Assembly (NCBI GenBank): GCA_965261085.1 | Contig: OZ253442.1 | Location: 1,216,001-1,280,000 of the forward strand | DNA length: 64,000 nucleotides | Reading direction: 5' to 3' | Source of the DNA: a bacterium | GTDB lineage: Bacteria > UBA8248 | In this document: piece after piece, positions 1 to 9,646 of the stretch | Numbering within the stretch: the stretch's first letter is position 1 | How the letters are laid out: each line of letters opens with the position of its first letter | Program-made: the position numbers and the translations under genes | Notes under the pieces: model-generated | What the model was told of the DNA's origin: nothing | The model's input: the letters and a program-made list of their open reading frames with translations, nothing else | The model's database searches: none

Positions 1-2
1 AC

Positions 3-641
3 CGTCGGTTCTCAAAGCTCGCAAACAAGCGATCCCAAGCGTTCGATACTCAGCCTTCACTTCTAAACGGCGACACTTTTGAAACATGCCTCGCCCAGTA
101 CAAAACTCTTATCGGATATGTCGAAAAGCTGTGGGCTGAAGCGTGTCAACTTTATAAGCATGGAAATTTTCCACTTGCGACTTTCCTTTCCATACTTGTC
201 ATTGAGGAGATTGGTAAACTAACGAATCTCGCTCAAGATCTTATTTTGTATGATGTGCCGCGTCCCGCTAAGCAAGTTCATACGGTCGAACGAGATCACC
301 GAACGAAGCATTTCATAGGCGTTGTATCGGGGGCGCTGATCAACGCCCGACTAGATCGCGTGTTGGGCAAGGATGTTATCCGCAAAATCCTACACTGGGC
401 CGAAAGCGACGAACTTGAAAAGATCAGGCAAAGCTGCCTCTACATCGATGTGCAAGATGGCCGTGCAGTGATACCACACGAAAGCATCGATGCAGAACGT
501 GCTCGGGTGTTCACGGTGCTTGCGGGGGAGTTGATAGCGGAAGTTCTAGGCCATTTCCCGTGGGAATTTGAACGCATGCGTGAAAACGCGATCGCTTTCG
601 AGAGCGCGATAGGTATGCCTGAGAAAAAAATCGCTCCGTAG
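3..641 (+). CDS. AbiV-family (HEPN-like) abortive infection protein, 5' end outside the window
   Basis: The frame of ORF 246..641 is open back to base 3. It reads ...KLWAEACQLYKHGNFPLATFLSILVIEEIGKL...DHRTKH..., matching the AbiV EExGK and HxxK motifs. GC is lower than the backbone. Confidence 0.75.
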   Translation, partial: RRFSKLANKRSQAFDTQPSLLNGDTFETCLAQYKTLIGYVEKLWAEACQLYKHGNFPLATFLSILVIEEIGKLTNLAQDLILYDVPRPAKQVHTVERDHRTKHFIGVVSGALINARLDRVLGKDVIRKILHWAESDELEKIRQSCLYIDVQDGRAVIPHESIDAERARVFTVLAGELIAEVLGHFPWEFERMRENAIAFESAIGMPEKKIAP

Positions 642-742
642 TACCAAAAAACCTAGCTGGAGTCTTCTTTGAGGGTTAGCTAGTCAGAGTCGGTTGTGAT
701 TCTCGTGAGCGACTGATTCGTATAGAAAGAACGACATAAGCT

Positions 743-877
743 CCCCCTCCCCCCCTCTTCCACTTCACAAAATCCAGCCACCACGTCTCTCTTACGGCGT
801 TCCCCAGATTAGGCCGCATGGCCGCGCTTCGGGGGGTGCCGTAGGCGGCTTCCTCCCAGGCGTCCGTGGTGGGAATG
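743..877 (-). repeat. Diverged copy of the 3' tail of the gene at 2646..3353
   Basis: Aligns without gaps to 2641..2775 (offset 1898) with 11 mismatches in 135 bp by manual count. It encodes IPTTDAWEEAAYGTPRSAAMRPNLGNAVRETWWLDFVKWKRG. Confidence 0.95.
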
Positions 878-951
878 ACGGAGTGTCTTCCAAGCCACCA
901 GTGGCCAGCAAGCCCCCGCCTCCCCCGCCTCCCCCGCCGAAGAAGAGGTGA
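877..951 (+). pseudogene. Proline-rich C-terminal gene remnant (DGVSSKPPVASKPPPPPPPPPKKR*)
   Basis: Short frame with no start codon, abutting the tail duplicate. It contains a 9-bp CCCCGCCTC repeat and ends at TGA 949-951. Confidence 0.35.
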
Positions 952-1181
952 GGCGCTGATTCATGGGTTGGGCGGCTGATACTCAGGGAAGCAGTGCAAG
1001 TGGTGTCGTCGAATGTTTTGCTCAGAACCACGAGGTGGATTTGCTTCAAAAGCGTGTCGAGAATATAAAACATCTATGGCCTTCTGAAAAAGACAACTGC
1101 CACCTTCGTCAAAACATGCAAGGAGGTCAATGAATAGTAAAATGCCGCCGGAAAGTTAGTATTTGACGGGAGCACGCAGGG

Positions 1182-2537
1182 ATGGAAAATCTTCAGGAAC
1201 GCGCAGAACGTTTGGCTGAACAATTTACTGAAAAGGCGCGTAAACCGTTAGTCATCGAGTTTGCAGGAGTTCCCAAAGCGGGTAAGACGACCACGCTGTC
1301 ACATGTGCAGACGTTTCTCAAGCGTTGTGGCTTTCATACTGATGTCGTAGTCGAACGTGCTTCAGTTTGTCCGATTCGCGATAAAAAGCACGCGAATTTC
1401 AACATCTGGACCGCATGTACTACACTCGCTCAGATTTTGGAAAAAACACAAAATCCGCCACGGCCTGGCGACCCGCAGATTCTTTTTCTTGATAGAGGGC
1501 TTTTCGACTCTATCTGTTGGTTGACCATGATGGAACGGCTCTCTCGCTTGCGCTCGGATGAAAAAGCTTGCGTCCAGCAATTCCTCACCATTGATGATTG
1601 GAGGAAGCGTATCTCGGCTGTTTTTGTGATGCTTGTTTCTCCGAAGGACGCGATGAAACGCGAGCAAGGAATAAGGCCTGTGAATGCGAAAGAGGGCTCC
1701 ATAATGAATCTTGAGATCCTTGGGAAGATTAGGGAAGTGAACGAACAATGCGCCAAGCAACTTGAGAGGGATTTTCGGATTTATCGAATCAATACGTCTA
1801 GTGGTGCTGCCGGCCGAGATCAAGAATCTACGGCGGAGACGGTCACCGATGTCATTCTCGGTCTGATAGAAGAACAGCTCGCGGAAAATATACTTTCATG
1901 CTCCAAGGAAACCGTAAAAGAATTCTTTGGGGACAAGAGTTTTGTTGATGCTTCCAAAGCGAATGAACTGGCGCGGTATTACGAAGAATCTGACGATAGC
2001 AATTTCAAGACCAGAGAAGAGGTGGAAAACGATGCTTCTCGCGTCCAGGCGCTTCCCGTGGTGGTTGTTCGGAATGCGGACGGGGATGTACTTCGTCTTC
2101 GCCGACGTGAAAATAGGGGCGATAAGCCCCTTCATGATAAGATCGTGATCTGGGCCGGTGGACATGTTCGATGTGAGGATGCCGTCAACGGCGCTCCACT
2201 TATAAATTGCGCCATACGGGAACTCGGAGAGGAGTTGCGACTCCAACTCGAATCCTCATCGATGAAACTGATTGGTGCCTTGTACTTCGACAATGGTGGA
2301 AGTACTTCGAAGCATGTTGCAATCGTTTATGAATGGCGCGCACTCAAAAACGACGTTTCGGTGGTGCTGAGTAGAACCGAATTCTTTGAGAGGCGCGGAA
2401 CGTCTCTTAGCGGGAGTTTCGCGTCTGTCGATAAACTCGTTGAAGATGTTAAAAACAAAAAACTTATAGAACCTTGGTCTATTGAGTTGGTACGAGAATA
2501 TTTAGCGAAAGATAAATTTGAGCCACGTCTGTTTTGA
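1182..2537 (+). CDS. Thymidylate-kinase-like P-loop NTPase fused to a C-terminal NUDIX hydrolase
   Basis: Walker A GVPKAGKT, a dTMP-kinase-like FLDRG motif, and a NUDIX box GGHV...AIRELGEE. Lower GC. Confidence 0.8.
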   Translation: MENLQERAERLAEQFTEKARKPLVIEFAGVPKAGKTTTLSHVQTFLKRCGFHTDVVVERASVCPIRDKKHANFNIWTACTTLAQILEKTQNPPRPGDPQILFLDRGLFDSICWLTMMERLSRLRSDEKACVQQFLTIDDWRKRISAVFVMLVSPKDAMKREQGIRPVNAKEGSIMNLEILGKIREVNEQCAKQLERDFRIYRINTSSGAAGRDQESTAETVTDVILGLIEEQLAENILSCSKETVKEFFGDKSFVDASKANELARYYEESDDSNFKTREEVENDASRVQALPVVVVRNADGDVLRLRRRENRGDKPLHDKIVIWAGGHVRCEDAVNGAPLINCAIRELGEELRLQLESSSMKLIGALYFDNGGSTSKHVAIVYEWRALKNDVSVVLSRTEFFERRGTSLSGSFASVDKLVEDVKNKKLIEPWSIELVREYLAKDKFEPRLF

Positions 2538-2645
2538 ACGGTTAATCTCTGTTGTGAGCAGTCGAAGTTGAGTAGACTAAATTGCAATAGTTTCCTGCGC
2601 GCACAATTTGGCGGTTATCGGCAGATTCTTTTTCTCTACCCCCCC

Positions 2646-3353
2646 TCACCCTCGCTTCCACTTCACGAAATCCAGCCACCACGTCTCTCTTACTGCGTTC
2701 TTGAGATTGGGCCGCATGGCGGCGCTTCGGGGGGTGCCGTAGGCGGCTTCCTCCCAGGCGTCCGTGGTGGGGATGGTGGGGTCTTCCATGTCGTAGAGCG
2801 CGATGATGCGGCGCGCGCTCCTCTTCGTCTCCTGTATTTCCGCCTCCGCCGTCGCGCCTCCGGTGGCGGCGGTCTCTAACTGATACACGCGGCCCCGCGT
2901 CATGCCTTGGACCTCATAGAGGCGGTCCAGGTGTTCTTCGCGGTACCAGGCGAGCATCTCCTCTTTTAGCTCCTCGCCCTCGGGGTTGGGGCACACCATG
3001 TAGAGATAGGGCGAGTCGTAGCGGTGCGGCTCGCCGATGGAGACTTCCAGGCTGTACACGGCGCGCTCGGCGTTTTTGATGAAGGCCATGCACTCTTGCG
3101 TCCAGGGGGAGGGGTTGTCCCTCGATTCGCGGTAGTAATCGCTCTCAAACGCCGCGAGGCTGTCCCCCTCGAAGGTGCAGAGAATGTTGTGGTGCGCGCT
3201 GGCGTCCACCGCGTTGTAGCGATAACCCACGCGAAAGCCGGGGCCGTCCATCCTGTCCGTCGAGTGCTCGCAGTTGTGCCACTTTCTGAATTCCTCGTGG
3301 TTCTCGGGGTCGACGTTCAGCCAGATGGCGACGAGCGCCTGGGTCGGGTTCAT
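2646..3353 (-). CDS. Tandem EthD/DUF4286-like dimeric alpha-beta barrel protein
   Basis: Two repeats of the WH/WYxxEH motif (FRKWHNCEH, LAWYREEH). It lies directly downstream of the HpaB-family gene. Confidence 0.65.
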   Translation of the reverse strand: MNPTQALVAIWLNVDPENHEEFRKWHNCEHSTDRMDGPGFRVGYRYNAVDASAHHNILCTFEGDSLAAFESDYYRESRDNPSPWTQECMAFIKNAERAVYSLEVSIGEPHRYDSPYLYMVCPNPEGEELKEEMLAWYREEHLDRLYEVQGMTRGRVYQLETAATGGATAEAEIQETKRSARRIIALYDMEDPTIPTTDAWEEAAYGTPRSAAMRPNLKNAVRETWWLDFVKWKRG

Positions 3354-3366
3354 CCCAAAAATCTCC

Positions 3367-4794
3367 TTATTCGATGCCTGCGAGGCGTTTCGCGTAATCG
3401 ATGGCGGGGCCGATATTATGCTCGCGCCAGATGGTCATCTTCTCGGCCTCGATGCTGCCTTCCGCGTGAATCGCCAGCACGGCCTGATAGCCCGCGAAGT
3501 CGGACGCCGTAATCTCCGCAATAAGGTTCATGAGCCTGAGCCGCTCTTCCGTCGAGGCGGAGGGGGCGGCGCCCAGGTATTTGTCGATGAGTTCGGCGAG
3601 TTTTGGGTCGTCCAGGTCCTCCGCACTCGGGCCTGTGACGAGCAGTCCGCCCGCGATGTCCTGCACCCATGCGAGGGCCTGGTGGTAGCCCGTGGCGAAG
3701 TGGAGCTTCGCGATGTTGATAATCTCCGCATTCGGCACGGCGACGCCGTCCGTGACCTTGCATTCCCTGGCGGCCTCGCGCGTCATGCCCCGGCAAATCT
3801 GCGCGTAGGAGATGAGCTTGGCGAGCTTATCCCGCACGTGGCCCGCGCGGAGGATGCCGTTGTACTCCGCCATCAGGTGTGACGCGCCCACGAACAGGTC
3901 CACCAGCGGCAGCTTGTAGCTCACGGCGGTGAAGCGGTGGAACTCAACGAAAGTCTTGGCCAGTGGCCCGGCCATGTCCCCTTCTCCGTTTAGGAACACG
4001 CGCTCCCAGGGGACTTTTACGTTATCGAAAATGGTGAGCGTCTCCATCATCTTGTGTTTGCTTGAAATCGGGTTTTCAAACTCCGTTCCTTTTCTGCCGC
4101 CATACCCGCTGGCCAGCATGGTGAGGCCTGCCGCATTGGCCGGCACGGCGCAGGCCACGGCATACGCCTCATCGCCTTCTCGCATGTTTCTCGTCGGCAG
4201 CACGATTATTTCGTGCGCATTCGTGGAAACGGAGGTGTGCGCCTTGGCCCCGCGCAGGGTGACGCCTTCGTCATCCTGGGCGACGACGCGGACGTAATAA
4301 TCGGGATGCGCCTGATCGCCGGGGCCTTTGCCCCTGTCTCCTTTCACGTCGGTCTGGGCGACGGCGACGGCCAGGTCGTTGTCCCGGCAGTGATCGTGGA
4401 ATTTCTGGACGCGGGGGAGGTAGTCCGTGCCTAAATTCTTATCCATGTAGGAGGCCAGCAGACGTAAGGCGAAGAGCGCGTCGGTTCCGATTTCCTTGAT
4501 GAGTACGACGAGCGTTCCCCCTAAGGCCGTGGCGCGCTCGATGAGGGCGCTGCGCTTTAAGAGATCGTCCGCGCATTCGGGGATGTGGTAGTAGCGCGAG
4601 TAGGGGCCGTTCGGACCTTCGACCAGGGCGAGTTCGGGCTCGTCTTCGGCCATCTCGTAGTCGATGGCGGCGTGATCGACCGCCACGCCGATGACGGGGT
4701 GTGCGGTTACGTCCTCCACCCGCTCGCCCCGGTAATAGACCACGCGGCCATCGCGCAGGCTTTGTTTGTATTCACTCGGACTCATGAGCGGCAT
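3367..4794 (-). CDS. 4-hydroxyphenylacetate 3-hydroxylase / 4-hydroxybutyryl-CoA dehydratase family flavoprotein
   Basis: Motifs YKQSLRDGRVVYYRGERVEDV, AQTDVKGDR, GAKAHT and IFDNVKVPWERVF. Confidence 0.85.
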   Translation of the reverse strand: MPLMSPSEYKQSLRDGRVVYYRGERVEDVTAHPVIGVAVDHAAIDYEMAEDEPELALVEGPNGPYSRYYHIPECADDLLKRSALIERATALGGTLVVLIKEIGTDALFALRLLASYMDKNLGTDYLPRVQKFHDHCRDNDLAVAVAQTDVKGDRGKGPGDQAHPDYYVRVVAQDDEGVTLRGAKAHTSVSTNAHEIIVLPTRNMREGDEAYAVACAVPANAAGLTMLASGYGGRKGTEFENPISSKHKMMETLTIFDNVKVPWERVFLNGEGDMAGPLAKTFVEFHRFTAVSYKLPLVDLFVGASHLMAEYNGILRAGHVRDKLAKLISYAQICRGMTREAARECKVTDGVAVPNAEIINIAKLHFATGYHQALAWVQDIAGGLLVTGPSAEDLDDPKLAELIDKYLGAAPSASTEERLRLMNLIAEITASDFAGYQAVLAIHAEGSIEAEKMTIWREHNIGPAIDYAKRLAGIE

Positions 4795-4958
4795 GGCGCT
4801 TTCCTCCCGGTCGTGGCCACACCCTGCGGGCGGGCGTTTTTCATGTTAGAGAGTGGACAGGGTATCTTCTTTCGCGCTTCGGTGAAACGCCGCCCACGGG
4901 GCGTGAGCAAAAAATGAGGGCCGCCCACGCTTTTTTCACGCGGACGGCCCGGCAAACT

Positions 4959-5228
4959 CTACGCTTCGGCGAGTTCGCTCAATTTGCCTTCCTTGTCGTA
5001 GGCCTGGAGCTGGGGAAAGCCGCCGATGACCTCGTCGTCGATGACGATCTGGGGCACCGACTTGCCGCCCGTGCGCGCGAGCATGGCGTCCCATTCGGGC
5101 GTGCCGCCGAACACCAGGTGCTCGGTCCATTCGAGACCGCGCTTTTTCAAGAGATTCTTCGCGGCCAGACAGAAGGTGCAGGGCTGGGTGGTGTAGACCT
5201 CGATTTGTGCTGCCATTTTTCTCTCCAT
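4959..5228 (-). CDS. grxC: Glutaredoxin 3-like protein
   Basis: CTFC active site and SVPQIVI...IGGF motif. Confidence 0.85.
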   Translation of the reverse strand: MERKMAAQIEVYTTQPCTFCLAAKNLLKKRGLEWTEHLVFGGTPEWDAMLARTGGKSVPQIVIDDEVIGGFPQLQAYDKEGKLSELAEA

Positions 5229-5429
5229 GAAGACGGCATTGATGGGTGAACGGGTTTGCGCCTCTCATGAGACGCCCACTCGTCCATAAAATAACAAAAC
5301 TCCGGGCAATCGTCATCTAAAAGAGAGGTTTTCCTCTCAGGGACCCGGACTCGTTTTCCCCCTTCAAAAATAGGGCGTTCATGAATTTTTGCGAAACGGA
5401 AAACCGGCGTTTTTCGCCGAAGGAAATCG

Positions 5430-5513
5430 TTGACATGTAAGTGAAAAGAATATATATATTTTCTCCTTGTTGTTTAGGAAACATATTTTTGCAATCATCT
5501 TTTGCTAAACAAC
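5430..5513 (+). promoter_or_regulatory. Sigma70-like promoter and inverted-repeat operator of the polyamine operon
   Basis: TTGACA at 5430-5435, then 17 bp, then TATATA. Inverted repeat GTTGTTTAG (5469-5477) / CTAAACAAC (5505-5513). Confidence 0.6.
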
Positions 5514-5632
5514 CGATTCGACCGCCCGGCTCCCCCTATAAAATACGGAATCGTGCGGCCGAATCCCACGGACGCAAGCAAGCGTCGGTTCGTCCCGGCC
5601 TTTATGAGGCCGGACGCTGGACGGGCGGTGAT

Positions 5633-6232
5633 ATGGCGCAGGATTTGAAAGAGAAATCGAACAGGACCGGCATGAGCCGCTCCGTCGAGAGCCTGTTGCG
5701 CGTGGGCGCGCGCATCCGGGGTCTGCGCCGCTCCCATGGCTTGACGCAGGAAGAACTGGCCCATCGCTCGAACTTGACCAAGGGGTTCATCTCTCAGCTC
5801 GAGCGCGACCTGACCTCACCCTCGCTCGAGAGCTTGCTGGAAATCCTCGAAGCCCTCGACACCGACATCGTCCGCTTCTTTCAGGGCCACCAGGAAGGAC
5901 GCATCGTGTTCGGGGAGGGGGATTCGCGCAACGCGGCGACCTATCCCGAAGTGCGGGCCTTTGAGCTCATGGTGCCCGGGGCGGCGAACCGCAATATGGA
6001 GTCCGCCCTCGTGACGATGGAACCGGGAGAGTCGGTCGAAGAGGAAGCGCACGCGGGCGAGGAGTTCGGGTACGTCTTGAAGGGCAAGGTGCAGGTCGCA
6101 TACGGGGAGAAGCGCGCTACGGCGAAAAGTGGCGAGTGGTTTTATTTCGCCTCCGATAGAAACCACCGGGTGGCGAACCCCTACAAGAAACGGGCGAAGC
6201 TCCTGTGGGTGTCCACGCCGCCTAGTTTTTAA
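5633..6232 (+). CDS. XRE-family HTH plus cupin transcriptional regulator (PuuR-like)
   Basis: HTH LTQEELA...KGFISQLERDLTSPS and cupin HAGEEFGYVLKG. ATG 5633 chosen as start. Confidence 0.85.
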   Translation: MAQDLKEKSNRTGMSRSVESLLRVGARIRGLRRSHGLTQEELAHRSNLTKGFISQLERDLTSPSLESLLEILEALDTDIVRFFQGHQEGRIVFGEGDSRNAATYPEVRAFELMVPGAANRNMESALVTMEPGESVEEEAHAGEEFGYVLKGKVQVAYGEKRATAKSGEWFYFASDRNHRVANPYKKRAKLLWVSTPPSF

Positions 6233-6284
6233 TCTCGGGAGTTGACGGAATGATTCATCGATTCGTGTGGGGAGGAAGCGAAAA

Positions 6285-6716
6285 TTGATTTCTCTGGGCC
6301 GCCACCTGCTGGCGGAATTTTATAATTGTGAATCCGGTGTACTGAACGATCCGGAGCACATCGAGCGGCTGATGAACGAGGCCGCGCGCCTGAGCGGGGC
6401 CACCGTCGTGCAGAGCGTGTTCCACGTCTTCAGCCCCCACGGGGTGAGCGGGGTGGTCGTGGTGGAAGAAAGCCACCTGGCGGTTCATACCTGGCCCGAA
6501 TACGGCTACGCCGCGGTGGATTATTTCTCCTGCGGCGATGTCGACTGCGAAGCGGCGGTGCGCTATCTATCGAGACATCTCGCAGCCTCCCGCGTGGAGA
6601 CGAAAGAGGTGCCGCGCGGCGTCATCGAGGGGCGTATGGCGTCATTGAGTGCGCCGTTCGCCTCGAACGGGGAAGCATCCGTCGCCCTTCGCTCCGGGGA
6701 GGGGGGAGAGCGATGA
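6285..6716 (+). CDS. speD: S-adenosylmethionine decarboxylase proenzyme
   Basis: GRHLLAE and [24 protein letters not shown] (E-S pyruvoyl cleavage site). TTG start follows GGAGG. Confidence 0.9.
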   Translation: MISLGRHLLAEFYNCESGVLNDPEHIERLMNEAARLSGATVVQSVFHVFSPHGVSGVVVVEESHLAVHTWPEYGYAAVDYFSCGDVDCEAAVRYLSRHLAASRVETKEVPRGVIEGRMASLSAPFASNGEASVALRSGEGGER

Positions 6717-7180
6717 TAATCCCCACGCCGAGCAGGTATTTCATGGCCCATGGGTGCGCCGAGGGTATGAGTGAGCTAAACGCCTTCGACGCAGCCCTCA
6801 TGAACGCAGGCGTCGGCAACACGAATCTCGTGCGCATGAGCAGCATCCTCCCGCCCCGCTGTGAGGAGGTGGCCTCAATCGAGCTGCCGCCGGGCGCGCT
6901 GGTGCCCACGGCCTACGCGTCCGTGACTTCCGCTGCGCCGGGCGAGGTGATCACCGCTGCGGTGGCGATCGCCATCCCCGAGGATGAGGACCACCCCGGC
7001 CTCATCATGGAACATCACGCGCACGCCCCCCGCGCGGTGGCCGAGGAGCAGGTGCGGCGCATGGCGGAGGCGGGCATGGCGTTTCGCGGAAAGAAAATCC
7101 GGGAGATCAAGAGCGTCGCCGCCGAGCACGTCGTGCGCGAGACGGGCGCCGCTTTCGCGGGGGTCATCCTGTGGAACTGA
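6713..7180 (+). CDS. pdaD: Pyruvoyl-dependent arginine decarboxylase
   Basis: [27 protein letters not shown] (S-S cleavage site). ATGA overlap with speD. Confidence 0.9.
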   Translation: MIIPTPSRYFMAHGCAEGMSELNAFDAALMNAGVGNTNLVRMSSILPPRCEEVASIELPPGALVPTAYASVTSAAPGEVITAAVAIAIPEDEDHPGLIMEHHAHAPRAVAEEQVRRMAEAGMAFRGKKIREIKSVAAEHVVRETGAAFAGVILWN

Positions 7181-8052
7181 CGAAAGCCCCCTTCATGCCC
7201 GAACGTCCCCCCGGGAAGCCGGCGACCTGGTTCACCGAGTACCACGGTCCGGGAACGGGCATCACGATGAAGGTGTTGCGCACCCTGTATTCGGCGAAAA
7301 GCGCGTTTCAGGAAATCACCCTGGTGGAAACCGAGGATTTCGGGCGCGTCCTCCTGCTCGACGGCGTCATCCAGACCACCGAGCGCGATGAGTTCATCTA
7401 TCACGAGATGCTCACACACGTGCCCATGTGCTCGCACCCTGCGCCCAGGAACGTGCTCATCATCGGCGGCGGGGACGGCGGCTGCGTGCGCGAGGCGCTC
7501 CGGCACGAGACGGTCGCGCGCGTCACGCTCGTTGAGATCGACGGGATGGTGGTGGATTGCTGCCGCGAGTTTTTGCCGTCCATCGCCGGAAAGTTGGGCG
7601 ACCCCCGGGTGGAGATAAGAATCGAGGACGGGGTGAAATTCATCGAGGGCCATGAGAAGGCGTTCGACGTCATCCTGGTCGATTCCACCGACCCGGTCGC
7701 CATGGCGAGTCCGCTGACTAAAACCTCCTTTTTCCGGGCGGCTAAGCGCGCCCTCGCGCCGGGCGGCCTGTACGCCGCGCAGACGCAAGGGCCCGTGTTC
7801 GAGGGCCACATGATGGGGAGGATCACGAGGCGCATCAGGAGGGTGTTTCCGGGCGCATCGACTTATCTGGCGAACGTGCCGACGTACCCTGGAGGGATAT
7901 GGTCGTTCGCCCTCGCGCCGAAATCAGGGAAAGCGGACGCCCGCGCCAAGCCAAGGGAGCTGCCCGCAGGCGAGAATACCCACTATTACTCCCCCGAGGT
8001 CCATGCGGCCGCATTCACGCACCCTCCCTACGTGGCGGAGATTTTGAAGTAA
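7171..8052 (+). CDS. speE: Polyamine aminopropyltransferase (spermidine synthase)
   Basis: [26 protein letters not shown] and DSTDP motifs. Confidence 0.93.
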   Translation: MELTKAPFMPERPPGKPATWFTEYHGPGTGITMKVLRTLYSAKSAFQEITLVETEDFGRVLLLDGVIQTTERDEFIYHEMLTHVPMCSHPAPRNVLIIGGGDGGCVREALRHETVARVTLVEIDGMVVDCCREFLPSIAGKLGDPRVEIRIEDGVKFIEGHEKAFDVILVDSTDPVAMASPLTKTSFFRAAKRALAPGGLYAAQTQGPVFEGHMMGRITRRIRRVFPGASTYLANVPTYPGGIWSFALAPKSGKADARAKPRELPAGENTHYYSPEVHAAAFTHPPYVAEILK

Positions 8053-8909
8053 TGGCCCGCATGGCCCACCCCCGTTTTCTTTGCGCTGAGAGCGCCTTTG
8101 AACCAGCGCGCACCGTTCTCCTGGGATGCCCTTTCGATGAGACGGCGAGCTTCAGGCGGGGCGCGCGTCTCGGCCCCGGTGCGATACGCGAAGCGTCCGA
8201 TTGTCTCGAAACATACAGCCCGCATCTCGATAAGGATCTGGAAGACGCCGCCCTGTGCGACTTGGGCGACGTTGATTTCGCCTCCGATGATACCCAAGCC
8301 GTTCTCGATTCCATCCAGGCCGAGGCGAGGGAGATATTCCGCGCAGGCAAGCGTCCCGTATTCCTGGGCGGTGAGCACCTGGTGAGCCTGCCCCTTGTGG
8401 AGGCGGCGCTTGAAGTATTCCCGGGTCTGGCCGTTTTCCAGTGGGATGCGCACGCGGATTTGCGCGATGACTATCTGGGCGAAAAACTCTCGCATGCCTG
8501 CGTCATGCGGCGCATCCTGGATCTGGAGGGCGTCGGCCCGCTCCATCAGTTCGGCGTCCGCTCCGGCACGCGCGATGAGTTCGAATGGATGAGGGCGAAC
8601 GAGACGCTGCGCCCCCTCACGCCCGAAGGGGTCGAATCGGCCCTGGAAGAAGCGGGCGACCGCGCCATATATCTCACCCTCGACGTGGACGTCATAAACC
8701 CCGGCGAGATGCCCGGAACCGGCACTCCCGAACCCGGCGGTCCCGGCTTCGATGCGATTATGGATTGCATCTCGGTTCTCGACGCCTCGGGCGCGCGCAT
8801 CATCGGCGCCGACGTGGTGGAACTCGCCCCTGAATTGGACCCCTCCGGCGCAAGCGCCGTCGCCGCCGCGAAGCTGGTGCGTGAACTCGCGCTGGTAATG
8901 GGGGCGTGA
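8052..8909 (+). CDS. speB: Agmatinase (ureohydrolase)
   Basis: GGEHL, DAHAD, DVDVINPGEMPGTGTPEPGG and DVVE motifs. TAATG coupling to speE. Confidence 0.92.
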   Translation: MARMAHPRFLCAESAFEPARTVLLGCPFDETASFRRGARLGPGAIREASDCLETYSPHLDKDLEDAALCDLGDVDFASDDTQAVLDSIQAEAREIFRAGKRPVFLGGEHLVSLPLVEAALEVFPGLAVFQWDAHADLRDDYLGEKLSHACVMRRILDLEGVGPLHQFGVRSGTRDEFEWMRANETLRPLTPEGVESALEEAGDRAIYLTLDVDVINPGEMPGTGTPEPGGPGFDAIMDCISVLDASGARIIGADVVELAPELDPSGASAVAAAKLVRELALVMGA

Positions 8910-9009
8910 AGCGGGCGGCGTCATTCACTCGGCTGCACCACGTTTCCGAGAGGCGCGCGCAGCACTGTCATCGCTTGCAGCGCGTAGCGCTATACATTAC
9001 GATAACGCT

Positions 9010-9282
9010 ATGAAGATCAGGCGCAAGGGTTTGCGGTCGCTCCACGAACGGGACGACCCGGCGCGGTTGCCTGCCAATCTGGCGCCGCGGCTCCGGCGCA
9101 TCCTGTTTCGGCTGCAGGAGGCGACGCGCCCGGGTGATGCGGATGCGCCGGGCTTCCGGCTGCATCCACTGAAGGGCGACCGGGCGGGCGATTGGAGCGT
9201 GCGCGTTTCCGGCAACTGGCGCGTGGTGTTCCGCTTCGAGGACGGCGAAGTCGTGGACGTGGACCTGATCGACTACCACTGA
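9010..9282 (+). CDS. higB: HigB-like (RelE/ParE superfamily) toxin
   Basis: PGFRLHPLKGDRAGDWSVRVSGNWRVVFRF...DLIDYH. Confidence 0.9.
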   Translation: MKIRRKGLRSLHERDDPARLPANLAPRLRRILFRLQEATRPGDADAPGFRLHPLKGDRAGDWSVRVSGNWRVVFRFEDGEVVDVDLIDYH

Positions 9283-9300
9283 CGGGAAGGAGGATGAGCG

Positions 9301-9615
9301 ATGAACGAGAGCGGAGGCGAACGTGTAGGACCGATGCTGAACCCGCCGCATCTGGGCGAACTGATCCGAGAGAGTATGGAAGAGGTCGGCTGGAGCGTCA
9401 CCGAGACCTCGGCTCGCCTGGGCTGCGAGCGCGGGACGCTTTCGCGCCTGCTGAACGGAAAGGCGGGCGTGTCCGCCAACATGGCGATCGCGCTGGAGGG
9501 CATCGGTTGGGGAACCGCCGACCACTGGATGCGCATGCAGGCGAGCTACGAGCTGGCGCAGGTTCGCAAGGAGCGGTCCAAGGGGACACGGTTGGCTGAT
9601 GTGAGGTCAGCGTGA
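9301..9615 (+). CDS. higA: HigA-family HTH antitoxin
   Basis: MLNPPHLGELIRE...RGTLSRLLNGKAGVS...WMRMQASYEL. Confidence 0.9.
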   Translation: MNESGGERVGPMLNPPHLGELIRESMEEVGWSVTETSARLGCERGTLSRLLNGKAGVSANMAIALEGIGWGTADHWMRMQASYELAQVRKERSKGTRLADVRSA

Positions 9616-9646
9616 GCCGGCGTTGCAAAGGCGATGTGGAACGGGA

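Noticed and set aside
792-1073. 93-aa minus-strand poly-Gly ORF
   Set aside because: It is the antisense reading of the proline-rich remnant and an off-frame reading of the tail duplicate.
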